Assembly (NCBI RefSeq): GCF_000027125.1
Contig: NC_017626.1
Direction: 5' to 3' (one strand)
Source: Escherichia coli 042
Lineage (GTDB): Bacteria; Pseudomonadota; Gammaproteobacteria; Enterobacterales; Enterobacteriaceae
DNA: 64,000 nt
Position 1 is the first letter of the stretch, and every line of letters starts with the position of its first letter. The notes under the pieces are model-generated. The model worked only from the letters and a program-made list of their open reading frames with translations, did not search any database and was not told where the DNA came from. A program made the position numbers and the translations under genes. Positions 37,106-47,262 of the stretch are shown in pieces.

Positions 37106-38590
37106 TTATTCCTTATCCAGTCGTCCGACCAGACTCAGGTCGAAACTGGCACCCATGTATTTAAAATGCGGTCTGACAGAAATCGCGACCTGGTACCAGC
37201 CTGGCTCACCATCCACATCAAGTACCTCGATCTTCGCCTGACGTAATGGTCGGTGGCTGCGGACTTCGGCAGGCGGATTCTCCTGGTCGGCCACATACTG
37301 GCGAATCCAGGTGTTCAGCTCACGCTCCAGGTCACTGCGTTCTTTCCATGAGCCAAGCTGTTCGCGCTGAATTACCTTGATGTAATGCGCTAACCTACTG
37401 ATTACAAATAAGTATGGCAGCTGAGTGCCGAGTTTATAGTTGGTCTCCGCAGCCTTGCCTTCGGGGGTTTTGGGGAATTTTTTGGGTTTCTGCACCGAGT
37501 TGGCCGAGAAAAAGCACGCATTATCAGATCCTTTACGCATGGTCAGTGTGATAAAGCCTTCTTCCGCCAGCTCATACTCTCTCCGGTCAGTGATCAACAC
37601 TTCAGTCGGAATTTTTGCCTGCATTTGCCCCATGGATTCATACAGATGCACCGGGAGGTCTTTGACTGCGCCGCCGCTGGAAGGGCCAATGATATTGGGA
37701 CACCAGCGATATTTAGCAAAACTTTCAGCCAGGTTCGCAGCTAGTAAAAACGAGGTGTTCCCCCACAAATAAGACTCGTGACTCTGGCTGACGTCTTCAT
37801 GGTAACGGAAGGTCCTGGCTGGGTTCTCATCTGGCGAGTAAGGGTGACGCAGCAGGAACCGGGGGGCAGTCAGTCCCAGGTAGCGTGAATCTTCAGATTC
37901 ACGCAAGGCACGCCAGCGGGAATAGGCCGGGCCTTCAAAGATTGCTCCTGGTTCTTTGATCCCTGGTAACTCTGTCCATGAGTCCAGACCGAAAAATTCG
38001 GATGATACTGATGAGAGGAACGGGCTGTGCGCCATCGCACTGACCTGGCTGATATATTTCAGCAACTTCATATCCGGCGTGGTGTTCTTAAAGGCAAAGT
38101 TGCCGATTACCGCCGCCACTGGCTCACCGCCAAATTGTCCGTAACCGCTTGAATATACATGCTTGTAATACGCAGACTGCGTGATTTCAGGTGCAAATTC
38201 GAAATCATCCAGCAGTTCTTCCTGAGTGACATTCAGGAAATGGACCTTGATGTTTTCCCGTGTATCCGCGCGTTCAACCAGCAGCTTCAGCGAGCGCAGC
38301 AGGGATTCCAGTTCCTGAAACTCCGGGGCATGAATAATGGCATCCATCTGCCTGCTGGTTCGGGCATCAATATCAGCAATCATGGCGTCAACGGCCAGGA
38401 TATTGATAGGTTCAGCGCTACTGTCGCCCTGTAACATGGCGGCAATAAAGGCGCTCACGCCCTGGCGGGTGATATCGTAGCTTTCTGATTTAGGCTGGAC
38501 GCGGGTTTGCGCCATGATTTCATCAAGCAGAGATGGGGGCGCGGCGGTTTGCGACGCGCTGACGGGAGCAATATCTTCCTTTACTGACAT
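37106..38590 (-). CDS. tssC: T6SS contractile sheath large subunit TssC (VipB)
   Basis: 494 aa VipB-family sequence immediately downstream of tssB. Confidence 0.93.
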   Translation of the reverse strand: MSVKEDIAPVSASQTAAPPSLLDEIMAQTRVQPKSESYDITRQGVSAFIAAMLQGDSSAEPINILAVDAMIADIDARTSRQMDAIIHAPEFQELESLLRSLKLLVERADTRENIKVHFLNVTQEELLDDFEFAPEITQSAYYKHVYSSGYGQFGGEPVAAVIGNFAFKNTTPDMKLLKYISQVSAMAHSPFLSSVSSEFFGLDSWTELPGIKEPGAIFEGPAYSRWRALRESEDSRYLGLTAPRFLLRHPYSPDENPARTFRYHEDVSQSHESYLWGNTSFLLAANLAESFAKYRWCPNIIGPSSGGAVKDLPVHLYESMGQMQAKIPTEVLITDRREYELAEEGFITLTMRKGSDNACFFSANSVQKPKKFPKTPEGKAAETNYKLGTQLPYLFVISRLAHYIKVIQREQLGSWKERSDLERELNTWIRQYVADQENPPAEVRSHRPLRQAKIEVLDVDGEPGWYQVAISVRPHFKYMGASFDLSLVGRLDKE

Positions 38591-38612
38591 ACTGAAAATC
38601 CTTCTGTGAAAA

Positions 38613-39116
38613 TTATTTCTGAGCGGCGATACCCAGTTCTTGGATCAGCTGCTCGCGGCTGTCTTCGTTTTCCAGTAGCGCCTGAAGTTGTGCGCGGAAG
38701 GCCGGAATATTGCCTAGTGGAGACTTAAGTGCGACCAGAGCTTCACGCAATTCGAGCAGACGTTTTATTTCTGGTACCTGGCTGGCAATATGGTCCGGAG
38801 AAAGGTCATCCATAGATTTGACTTTCAGGTTGACGTACATTTGCTCATTGGGAGCGTCACTGAGTTCAGCCGGAACAACAAACTCCCGTTCAATGTCAGC
38901 TTCTGAAATGACTGCGTTGAGGTTATAGCGGTTGATAGCAATGGCAGTTCGCTCGTCCAACGGCGTGTTATCTGGTTTCCCTTTCAGATTGCCGGTGATC
39001 AATAAATTCAGCGGCAATTCGATATCAGCAGCCACCCCATCAACTTTTGGTGTATACCGAACGCTGATTCTTTCTTTCGGCGCGACACTGCCGCCATTGT
39101 TGTTCATTTTGCTCAT
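38613..39116 (-). CDS. tssB: T6SS contractile sheath small subunit TssB (VipA)
   Basis: 167 aa VipA-family sequence; first gene of the minus-strand operon. Confidence 0.93.
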   Translation of the reverse strand: MSKMNNNGGSVAPKERISVRYTPKVDGVAADIELPLNLLITGNLKGKPDNTPLDERTAIAINRYNLNAVISEADIEREFVVPAELSDAPNEQMYVNLKVKSMDDLSPDHIASQVPEIKRLLELREALVALKSPLGNIPAFRAQLQALLENEDSREQLIQELGIAAQK

Positions 39117-39818
39117 AAAAATGTTCCCGTTCAGGCCATGAGCACAGCATTTTCGTACTGCATAAAAATACCGAAGATACCGTTTCAGTGGCAGTTAGAT
39201 AATGTAACCTTCCTTCTGTTGTGATCGGTATTCTACTCATGAAATAAAATATTAAAAGAACTATTTATATTTTAGAAAGAGATGTATTCTTCCTTGCTAA
39301 TATATTATAGTGAAATAAATTTTGGTATTTATAGACTTGATGAATATGATTTTACGGTCAATAAAATGCCATAATATATTGATTTATATGTATTTATTAA
39401 ATTTATTAATAAGTTTTATGTATGGTTTTATCAATTGATTAATTGCTGGCAATACATCATAAGGAATTCCTTTAAGGAATGTCTTAATTGCGTGCTGGAA
39501 CGATGGCTGAGTAAGTGTCGTAATAATTTGTTTTTGACGCGGCTGTGGATTTTTATGGGGGGAAGGATACGTTATGGATAATTCTGCTGTTGAAGTTGAT
39601 ATATTTTTAGCTTATGTGACCGTGTTCTGAAATTGACTAAAAATATATTTAAACACCATAAAAGAGTTTTTCAGTAGGTGCTAATTACGTGTGCCTGTAA
39701 CTCGAATAAAGAAAAGGGTGTGGTTCCTGATGTGAGCCGCATCACACTCTAACCCGTCGGGGATTAACGACGGGTTGTTCGTAAAACAGCAGTTGATAAT
39801 TTCACAAGGAGTTCATAA

Positions 39819-40337
39819 ATGCCAACCCCATGTTACATTTCAATTACAGGTCAGACCCAGGGGAACATCACTGCCGGTGCTTTCACCGCAGATTCTGTCG
39901 GCAATATCTACGTGCAGGGACACGAAGATGAAATGCTGGTGCAGGAGTTTCTGCATAACGTTACTGTTCCAACCGATCCACAGTCTGGTCAACCTTCCGG
40001 GCAGCGCGCGCACAAACCGTTCATTTTCACCGTGGCGCTGAACAAAGCCGTTCCGCTGCTGTACAACGCGCTGGCCTCCGGTGAAATGCTGCCGAAAGTG
40101 GAGCTGCACTGGTGGCGTACTTCAGTTGAAGGCAAGCAGGAGCACTACTTCACCACACGTCTTACTGACGCGACGATTGTGGACATGAACCTGCACATGC
40201 CGCACTGCCAGGACCCTGCACAGCGTGAGTTTACGCAATTGCTCGCAGTATCACTGGCATACCGTAAGGTTGAGTGGGAGCACATCAAATCCGGTACTTC
40301 TGGTGCCGATGACTGGCGTGCACCGCTGGAAGCATAA
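39819..40337 (+). CDS. hcp: Type VI secretion tube protein Hcp (TssD), first gene of the divergent operon
   Basis: 172 aa starting MPTPCYISITGQTQGNITAGAF, recognised as Hcp1-family; AAGGAG ribosome-binding site upstream. Confidence 0.93.
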   Translation: MPTPCYISITGQTQGNITAGAFTADSVGNIYVQGHEDEMLVQEFLHNVTVPTDPQSGQPSGQRAHKPFIFTVALNKAVPLLYNALASGEMLPKVELHWWRTSVEGKQEHYFTTRLTDATIVDMNLHMPHCQDPAQREFTQLLAVSLAYRKVEWEHIKSGTSGADDWRAPLEA

Positions 40338-40346
40338 ATCTGAGTC

Positions 40347-40382
40347 AACAACATCCTGCCTTCGTGCAGGATGTTGTTTTTG
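40347..40382 (+). terminator. Rho-independent terminator/attenuator between hcp and vgrG
   Basis: Long perfect hairpin CAACAACATCCTGC..GCAGGATGTTGTTG followed by a T-run. Confidence 0.8.
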
Positions 40383-40557
40383 TACGTGTAAAAAATGAGT
40401 GTCAGTAAGGAGTTACGCTTTCATGAGGGAGATGGCGGATGCCGGAAACCCGGGCGGTAGCGTACCTGAAAATGTAAAGATGAGTGTAACGCTGCACTGG
40501 CACCCTTTGCTGCATGGTAAGAATCATTTGGTCCGTGAATAAATCAGGGAGGTCATT

Positions 40558-42516
40558 ATGTCCTTAAAAGGTCTGCGCTTTACGCTGGAGATTGACGGCC
40601 AGGAGCCGGACACCTTTGCAGTGGTGCATTTCAGGTTAATCCAGAACCAGTCTTATCCGTTTGTGATGAGTGTGGATGTTGCCAGCGACTCTTTTATGCA
40701 GACGGCGGAGATGCTGCTGGAGAAGAAGGCGACGCTGACCATCTGGCAGGGCGTCATCCCGCTGCGTTATGTCACCGGCGTGGTGGCGGGTTTTGGCATG
40801 CAGGAGAACAATGGCTGGCAGATGCGTTATCACCTGCGTATTGAGCCGCCGTTATGGCGGTGCGGGCTGCGGCAGAACTTCCGTATCTTCCAGCAGCAGG
40901 ATATCCGGACGATATCGGCCACGTTACTGAACGAGAACGGCGTCACGGAGTGGACACCGCTGTTTTATGAGGACCATCCGGCGCGGGAGTTCTGTGTCCA
41001 GTACGGGGAAAGCGACCTGGCGTTTCTGGCGCGGTTGTGGGCGGAGGAGGGAATTTTCTTCTTTGAGCGGTTTGCGGCGGACAGTCCGGAGCAGAAGCTG
41101 ACGCTGTGCGACGATGTGGCGGGGCTGTCACAGGCGGGAGAGCTTCCGTTTAACCCGGACACATCGGCAGGAGCGGAGACAGAGTGTGTCAGTATGTTCC
41201 GTTATGAGGCGTATGTCCGCCCGTCGTCGGTGCAGAGCCAGGATTACACGTTTAAGGTGCCGGACTGGCCGGGGATGTATGAGCAGCAGGGTGAGAACCT
41301 GAACGGACAGCTGGAGCAGTATGAGATATTTGATTATCCGGGAAGGTTCAAGGATGAACAGCACGGCAAGGATTTCACGCTGTACCAGATGGAGAGCCTG
41401 CGCAGTGATGCGGAAAAGGCCACAGGGCAGAGTAATTCACCGAAGCTGTGGCCGGGAACGCGGTTTACGCTGACGGGGCATCCGCAGAAGATGCTGAACC
41501 GTGAATGGCAGGTGGTACAGAGTATTCTGTCAGGGGACCAGCCGCAGGCGCTGCACGGCAGCCAGGGGAGAGGAACCACGCTGGGAAATCAGTTAGAGGT
41601 GATACCGGCGGACCGGACGTGGCGTCCACGGCTGCAAAGCAAACCGAAGGTGGACGGGCCACAGAGCGCCATTGTCACCGGTCCTGCGGGAGAGGAAATC
41701 TTCTGCGACGAACACGGACGTGTGCGAGTGCAGTTTCACTGGGACAGGTATAACCCGGCAACGGAGGCGAGTTCATGCTGGGTGAGGGTGTCGCAGGCGT
41801 GGGCGGGGCCGGGATTTGGTAACCTGGCGATACCGCGCATCGGCCAGGAAGTGATTGTAGACTTCCTGAACGGCGACCCGGACCAGCCGATAATCATGGG
41901 GCGGACGTACCATGAGGACAACCGTTCGCCGGGGAGTCTGCCGGGGACGAAGACGCAGATGACGATACGGTCGAAGACCTATAAAGGAAGCGGCTTTAAT
42001 GAACTGCGGTTCGAGGACGCGACGGACAAGGAAGAAATTTACCTGCACGCACAGAAAAATATGCAAGTCGTTGTGCTGAACAGCAAGGATAAGCGGGTCA
42101 ACTATGACCGGACGGTCAGCATCGGGCATGATGAATCCCTGGTGGTGGCAAATGACCGGAAAGTGACGGTTGAAGGTAAACAGGACCATAAAACCACCAA
42201 AGACCATGTCAGCCTGACAGAGGGCAATCAGGGGCTGGAGGTGAAAGGCGATCTGGCACAGAAAATAAGCGGCGCGCTGGGTATCAGCGTACAGGGCGAT
42301 ATTGTTTTACAGAGCGACAGCAAAATCAGTCTGCGGGTGGGCGGTTCATTTGTGGTGATCCATTCCGGCGGCGTGGATATTAAGGGCGCGAAAATCAATC
42401 TTAACGGCGGAGGCAGTCCGGGAGACGTGATCCTGCCGATGCGCCCGGTGATCCTGAAAGCCGCAGCCGGAAGCGGGACAATGTTTGTGGCGCACTGCCC
42501 GAAGGAGGATAAGTGA
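40558..42516 (+). CDS. vgrG: T6SS spike protein VgrG (TssI)
   Basis: 652 aa; gp27-like N-terminus, gp5-like OB fold and repeat region; no obvious C-terminal effector extension. Confidence 0.92.
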   Translation: MSLKGLRFTLEIDGQEPDTFAVVHFRLIQNQSYPFVMSVDVASDSFMQTAEMLLEKKATLTIWQGVIPLRYVTGVVAGFGMQENNGWQMRYHLRIEPPLWRCGLRQNFRIFQQQDIRTISATLLNENGVTEWTPLFYEDHPAREFCVQYGESDLAFLARLWAEEGIFFFERFAADSPEQKLTLCDDVAGLSQAGELPFNPDTSAGAETECVSMFRYEAYVRPSSVQSQDYTFKVPDWPGMYEQQGENLNGQLEQYEIFDYPGRFKDEQHGKDFTLYQMESLRSDAEKATGQSNSPKLWPGTRFTLTGHPQKMLNREWQVVQSILSGDQPQALHGSQGRGTTLGNQLEVIPADRTWRPRLQSKPKVDGPQSAIVTGPAGEEIFCDEHGRVRVQFHWDRYNPATEASSCWVRVSQAWAGPGFGNLAIPRIGQEVIVDFLNGDPDQPIIMGRTYHEDNRSPGSLPGTKTQMTIRSKTYKGSGFNELRFEDATDKEEIYLHAQKNMQVVVLNSKDKRVNYDRTVSIGHDESLVVANDRKVTVEGKQDHKTTKDHVSLTEGNQGLEVKGDLAQKISGALGISVQGDIVLQSDSKISLRVGGSFVVIHSGGVDIKGAKINLNGGGSPGDVILPMRPVILKAAAGSGTMFVAHCPKEDK

Positions 42517-43355
42517 TGGAAACGGCACCCGTGCAGTACGCCATTGTGGATGGCGCTGTGGAGGAAGGATTGCTGGATTTTCTGAACGAGGTGAATCCCC
42601 CGCACTGTTGTCTGTATGCAGAACCCATACAACTGGATCTGGTCGCGCTAGCCCCCTATCTCGTGGAAGTCGTTCCGGAGGTTGAAGCATGGCTGAGTGT
42701 TAAGGCGTCGCCATGGGGAATATATCTGACTTCTGAGTCATCCATGCGTGAGCTACAGCAACACTTCAGACGTTATCTGTGGGTTAGGATCCCCGAACAG
42801 GAGAAACCTGTTCTCATGCGATTTTATGATCCCCGGAATATATGGGTATTAGTGGAAGTTCTGACCCCCCGCCAGCGTCTTTCTTTTATCAGTCCCGTCA
42901 GACAGCTAAGTACCCGTTATGGTGAAGAATGTCGTGAGGATAATTTTTCTTCCGTCCGTCCCGCAGAAACTATGAATATAAGGGCAGAACGGCCATCACA
43001 ACTGACGCTGAGTTACAGACAATATAGCCAACTGGAACGAAAGGCACGGGATAATTATCTTGATATATTATCTGCATTTATCGAAGAAAATGTAGATAAA
43101 AACGGATGGGATGATTCATCAAAAGCTGAATCATCCCGAATTCTGGCAGAAGATTATTTCTCTTTTTGCCAGTCATTAAATATAGCAGATGATCGTTCCG
43201 TCAGAACAATGACGCTTATATTACTGAAAAAAAATATAATCGATCTCAGATATATTCCGGATGACTGGTATGAACAACTCAGCAATCAGTCATACCCGGG
43301 ACATATTCGGGTACATGAACTTGCACAACAGGAACTGGGATTTATCCCACAATAA
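42513..43355 (+). CDS. DUF4123-family T6SS effector adaptor/chaperone (Tap/Tec-like)
   Basis: 280 aa; N-terminal QYAIVDGAV motif characteristic of DUF4123; start overlaps the vgrG stop by 4 bp. Confidence 0.7.
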   Translation: MMETAPVQYAIVDGAVEEGLLDFLNEVNPPHCCLYAEPIQLDLVALAPYLVEVVPEVEAWLSVKASPWGIYLTSESSMRELQQHFRRYLWVRIPEQEKPVLMRFYDPRNIWVLVEVLTPRQRLSFISPVRQLSTRYGEECREDNFSSVRPAETMNIRAERPSQLTLSYRQYSQLERKARDNYLDILSAFIEENVDKNGWDDSSKAESSRILAEDYFSFCQSLNIADDRSVRTMTLILLKKNIIDLRYIPDDWYEQLSNQSYPGHIRVHELAQQELGFIPQ

Positions 43356-43376
43356 AAAGACAAACGGATAGATTAT

Positions 43377-44948
43377 ATGACATCTCCATCTTCGACAGCC
43401 GGAAAGCCCTGTGTGGAATGCGGCATTCCTGATCCATGTATTTTTGATGTTATTAGTGATTTTCCAGAGGCCGGCGAGAAACATTTCTGGTCAAAAGAAG
43501 GAGTGGCGCGTTTTAAGCTACTGGATGATGGTTCCGGATGTGATGGTATAATTACCATTACCTACCAGTGCGATAAAAGTGGAACACATGAGGCATGGTT
43601 AGAGGAAGAATCAGAAAATAATCATAAGATACTGCAACCTTTCGGAATACCTAATAAGGTCACTTTGGATGATAACTTGTCTGAAGGTGAAATAATTGCT
43701 ATGGGTACATTTCGAGTACCATGGGATTATTTGGGGGCAATATCCTCTCCACTTAAGAATCATTATGAACCTGCCCATTATTCAGTCAGAATTGACAGTT
43801 GTTACGAATGTGGCAATTATGTTGAAATTGATGTTTATCCTACAGTGGAAATTAGGTTTACTACAGGGTTCAGCTATGAGATTTCGTCATCAAAACAGAC
43901 GAGAACAGTAAAAGAGCGGCGTGACGAAAGAATAAAAGCCAGGGACGCAATGGAGAACACCAAGCCCAGGGATAAAAATAAACTCCGTAGCGGCTGGACA
44001 AATACCACTGCTGAGTTTGAGTGGATAAACAAGACTTCCCTGACTGTCGATTTTGGCGTAAAAATAGCTAATGTTGAACACACAAGTGAATATGAAAAAG
44101 AGATAAAAAAACTTCGACAAACAAAGCAACTGGAACAGATAGGAAGAATTGACTCTCTGGTCAAGAATGTCAATAAATATTTTGCGCCAGATCCTGACAA
44201 TAATAATGGTACGCGCAAATATGCATTGTTCAGTGCAAAAATAGAACCCGTTAAACTGGGTATATCGTATGCCTATCAATATACCGATATCCAGGATGGC
44301 CCCTGTCATTTTTATGGTTTGTTTGGTGCCCCATTTTTTGAAGCGTCGTTCAGATTCGATATTATTTCATTTATATGTGCATATTGTAAAGTCGAGTCAT
44401 TGGTCAACAGATGTCGTGAATATCTCCGTAAAAACGGAGCCAGTGTTGAATGCTATATCGAGATTTCAGCGGAGATTAATCTTGATCTTGGCGCAGTATA
44501 CGCTGAAAAGGATAAAAAATGGGAGTTTAATGTAAAGGAAAGTAACATCAAGCTCGGTTTAAAAGGTGTGGTGAGTGCGACGTTTGAGGCGAATGTTTTT
44601 GTTGTACAACTGACCGCCGAAGCGACTGCCTCTATAGAAGCGAAAGCTGGATTTGGATTTGATTCACATGATGACGGACTGGACCTAGCATTATTTCATG
44701 ACGGCATTAAAGGGAAGTTTGAATTTAAGATTGATGTGTCTCATGGTGAAGTTGATGAAAAAGGAAAGGGGAAGGAAAAGAGCGAAAAACCTGAGAAGAA
44801 AGATACCGTTGAGTGGCAGTTATGTGATCCTATGGAGGTAAAGGATTCACCATTACGGGTTAATTTATACGGTAAAGAACGCACTGTGGAGAAAAAAGTA
44901 ACACCGCCGAAGCCAGTGACAACGTGGACGATAGGTATGGATTATTAA
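43377..44948 (+). CDS. Hypothetical protein, candidate T6SS cargo effector of unknown activity
   Basis: 523 aa, no signal peptide, Cys-rich N-terminal third, Lys/Glu-rich C-terminal tail; directly downstream of vgrG and the DUF4123 adaptor. No recognisable catalytic motif seen by eye. Confidence 0.55.
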   Translation: MTSPSSTAGKPCVECGIPDPCIFDVISDFPEAGEKHFWSKEGVARFKLLDDGSGCDGIITITYQCDKSGTHEAWLEEESENNHKILQPFGIPNKVTLDDNLSEGEIIAMGTFRVPWDYLGAISSPLKNHYEPAHYSVRIDSCYECGNYVEIDVYPTVEIRFTTGFSYEISSSKQTRTVKERRDERIKARDAMENTKPRDKNKLRSGWTNTTAEFEWINKTSLTVDFGVKIANVEHTSEYEKEIKKLRQTKQLEQIGRIDSLVKNVNKYFAPDPDNNNGTRKYALFSAKIEPVKLGISYAYQYTDIQDGPCHFYGLFGAPFFEASFRFDIISFICAYCKVESLVNRCREYLRKNGASVECYIEISAEINLDLGAVYAEKDKKWEFNVKESNIKLGLKGVVSATFEANVFVVQLTAEATASIEAKAGFGFDSHDDGLDLALFHDGIKGKFEFKIDVSHGEVDEKGKGKEKSEKPEKKDTVEWQLCDPMEVKDSPLRVNLYGKERTVEKKVTPPKPVTTWTIGMDY

Positions 44949-45014
44949 GTGATATTACAGAAATTAAAAGTGAACAGTATAATGAGTATTTTCCCCTTTT
45001 GAGAGAGAATAATT

Positions 45015-46025
45015 ATGAAGGCAAAACATTTAATATCGGTTATTTTACTGTCAGGAGTTGTTATGGGAACTGGATTTTGCTCTAACGATAACCAGCAAAA
45101 AATTCGCAGTAAGTTTAATATTGAAGAGTCATATTGTGCCATTAAGACTAATGGCGTCCTCGGGTTCAGTAACCGAAGAAGTGCCTGGCGGGCAAATGGT
45201 GATTCAACCGGGGCCATATCCAGCACCAATGCCATGATGCTGATGGCGAATGGAGAAAATGAAATCAGTCTGGAGATTGGGGCATTAGGATGGTTTTCTG
45301 ACAAGCCTGCCAGTATGGAAGAACGGGGGCGTTTTTTTCCAAAAGCAGGATGCAGCCTGGATTTGGTTCGTTTTATTAAACAGGAGGAAACGCTGCTTTC
45401 TTCAATAAAAGTGACCATCAACCAGCAGGGCATACCTGAAGCCCGGCCAGACAGCGTGCATCCCGTTATCCGGAAAGAGATTTTGGCTGAGCAGGCGGAG
45501 CCAGGATTTATTGATCCAGATTATTTTGATGAAACCTATTTCCCGAAAGGGATGAAGGTGTATCAGTTCACTCAAAAAGTTACCGTGACAGGGCTTCCTG
45601 AATGGGCCTGGACGCGGGCAACCCCCTATACCGGAAGCGACGAGCAGTTACGGAAGTTAAAAGCCGCCTATACCGAAATGGCAAGCATCATCAGTAGCCG
45701 GGACAGGGCACGTCTGAAAGCTTATAACAAAGAGGCGCTGAAGGCATGGTCAGCCACAACCGGTGACTCTGAGGATGACATATTACTCTCACTCTTCTCA
45801 AAAGATAATGTGGAGGGAGGGAAAGCCAGAATGCAGCCCATCAGGTGGGACGATTATGCCGTCCGGGTTATGAATGGTGGACGTATGGTGCAGCTATATA
45901 ATAAATCGAAACCAATATATTCCCCACTGACTTACCGTTTTACAGATGAAAGTGGTGAAGAGCGTATGGGGTATTACGCTCCGGTATTTTCGCTGATTGA
46001 TGGTCAGTTTATCCCTGTTACTTGA
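45015..46025 (+). CDS. Hypothetical exported protein, candidate cognate immunity protein
   Basis: 336 aa with N-terminal signal peptide (MKAKHLISVILLSGVVMGTGFC); immediately downstream of the candidate effector. Confidence 0.5.
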   Translation: MKAKHLISVILLSGVVMGTGFCSNDNQQKIRSKFNIEESYCAIKTNGVLGFSNRRSAWRANGDSTGAISSTNAMMLMANGENEISLEIGALGWFSDKPASMEERGRFFPKAGCSLDLVRFIKQEETLLSSIKVTINQQGIPEARPDSVHPVIRKEILAEQAEPGFIDPDYFDETYFPKGMKVYQFTQKVTVTGLPEWAWTRATPYTGSDEQLRKLKAAYTEMASIISSRDRARLKAYNKEALKAWSATTGDSEDDILLSLFSKDNVEGGKARMQPIRWDDYAVRVMNGGRMVQLYNKSKPIYSPLTYRFTDESGEERMGYYAPVFSLIDGQFIPVT

Positions 46026-46337
46026 TTAACCTGTTGGGCTACAAATCAGGATGTCCGGTAAGGTGATTATTACTGAGTTAAGCACCTTACCGTTTTTTAA
46101 ATTTTTTGTCGCTGATATTCCAGACAGGAAAACAATATGCCTTTAGCTGCCAGATTAAACGACAAAGGTACCGGCACAGGGAAAGATCACGTAACGCTGC
46201 TTTTTTGTACTAAATAATTCGCATTTTATGTTTAAAATTTGAGATATTCCTCATTACCTGAGGCTGTTTTTTATTACTTATACATGATCAAATACTCCTT
46301 ACATAATTAAGGGGAACAAAATGGAACTTAAAAATTG

Positions 46338-47262
46338 ATGGAACATATTTCTGTTATTCCCGATTACAGACAAGCCTGGAAAGTGGAACATAAATTGTCG
46401 GATATTCTACTGTTGACTATTTGTGCCGTTATTTCGGGTGCAGAAGGTTGGGAAGATATAGAGGATTTTGGGGAAACACATCTCGATTTTTTAAAACAAT
46501 ACGGTGATTTTGAAAATGGTATTCCTGTTCACGATACCATCGCCAGAGTTGTATCCTGTATCAGTCCTGCAAAATTTCACGAGTGCTTTATTAACTGGAT
46601 GCGAGATTGCCATACTTCAGATGATAAAGACGTCATCGCAATTGATGGAAAAACGCTCCGGCACTCTTATGACAAGAGTCGCCGCAGGGGAGCGATTCAT
46701 GTCATTAGTGCGTTCTCAACAATGCACAGCCTGGTCATCGGACAGATCAAGACGGATGAGAAATCCAATGAGATTACAGCTATCCCAGAACTTCTTAACA
46801 TGCTGGATATTAAAGGAAAAATCATCACAACTGATGCGATGGGTTGCCAGAAAGATATTGCAGAGAAGATACAAAAACAGGGCGGTGATTATTTATTCGC
46901 TGTAAAAGGAAATCAGGGGCGGCTTAATAAAGCCTTTGAGGAAAAATTCCCACTGAAAGAATTAAATAATCCAGAGCATGACAGTTACGCAATGAGTGAA
47001 AAGAGTCACGGCAGAGAAGAAATCCGTCTTCATATTGTTTGCGATGTCCCTGATGAACTTATTGATTTCACGTTTGAATGGAAAGGACTGAAGAAATTAT
47101 GCGTGGCAGTCTCCTTTCGGTCCATAATAGCAGAACAAAAGAAAGAGCCAGAAATGACGGTCAGATATTATATCAGTTCTGCTGATTTAACCGCAGAGAA
47201 GTTCGCCACAGCAATCCGAAACCACTGGCACGTGGAGAATAAGCTGCACTGGCGTCTGGACG
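46338..47262 (+). CDS. ISAs1-family transposase (H-repeat-associated protein), exon 1 of intron-interrupted gene
   Basis: Matches the intact copy at 49523..50659 up to ...[14 protein letters not shown] 1 nt shorter A-run than in copy 2 removes the MELKKL leader, so the start shifts to the ATG at 46338. The ORF-track tail [10 protein letters not shown] is intron-encoded read-through. Confidence 0.75.

Noticed and set aside
39117-39818. Possible sigma-54 promoter in the T6SS divergent region
   Set aside because: No TGGCAC-N5-TTGC element found by eye, and no sigma-54 activator gene is present in the island.
43377-44948. Assigning the 523 aa cargo protein to a known effector class (lipase, phospholipase, amidase or nuclease)
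   Set aside because: No catalytic signature of these families could be identified by inspection; it is left as unknown rather than guessed.
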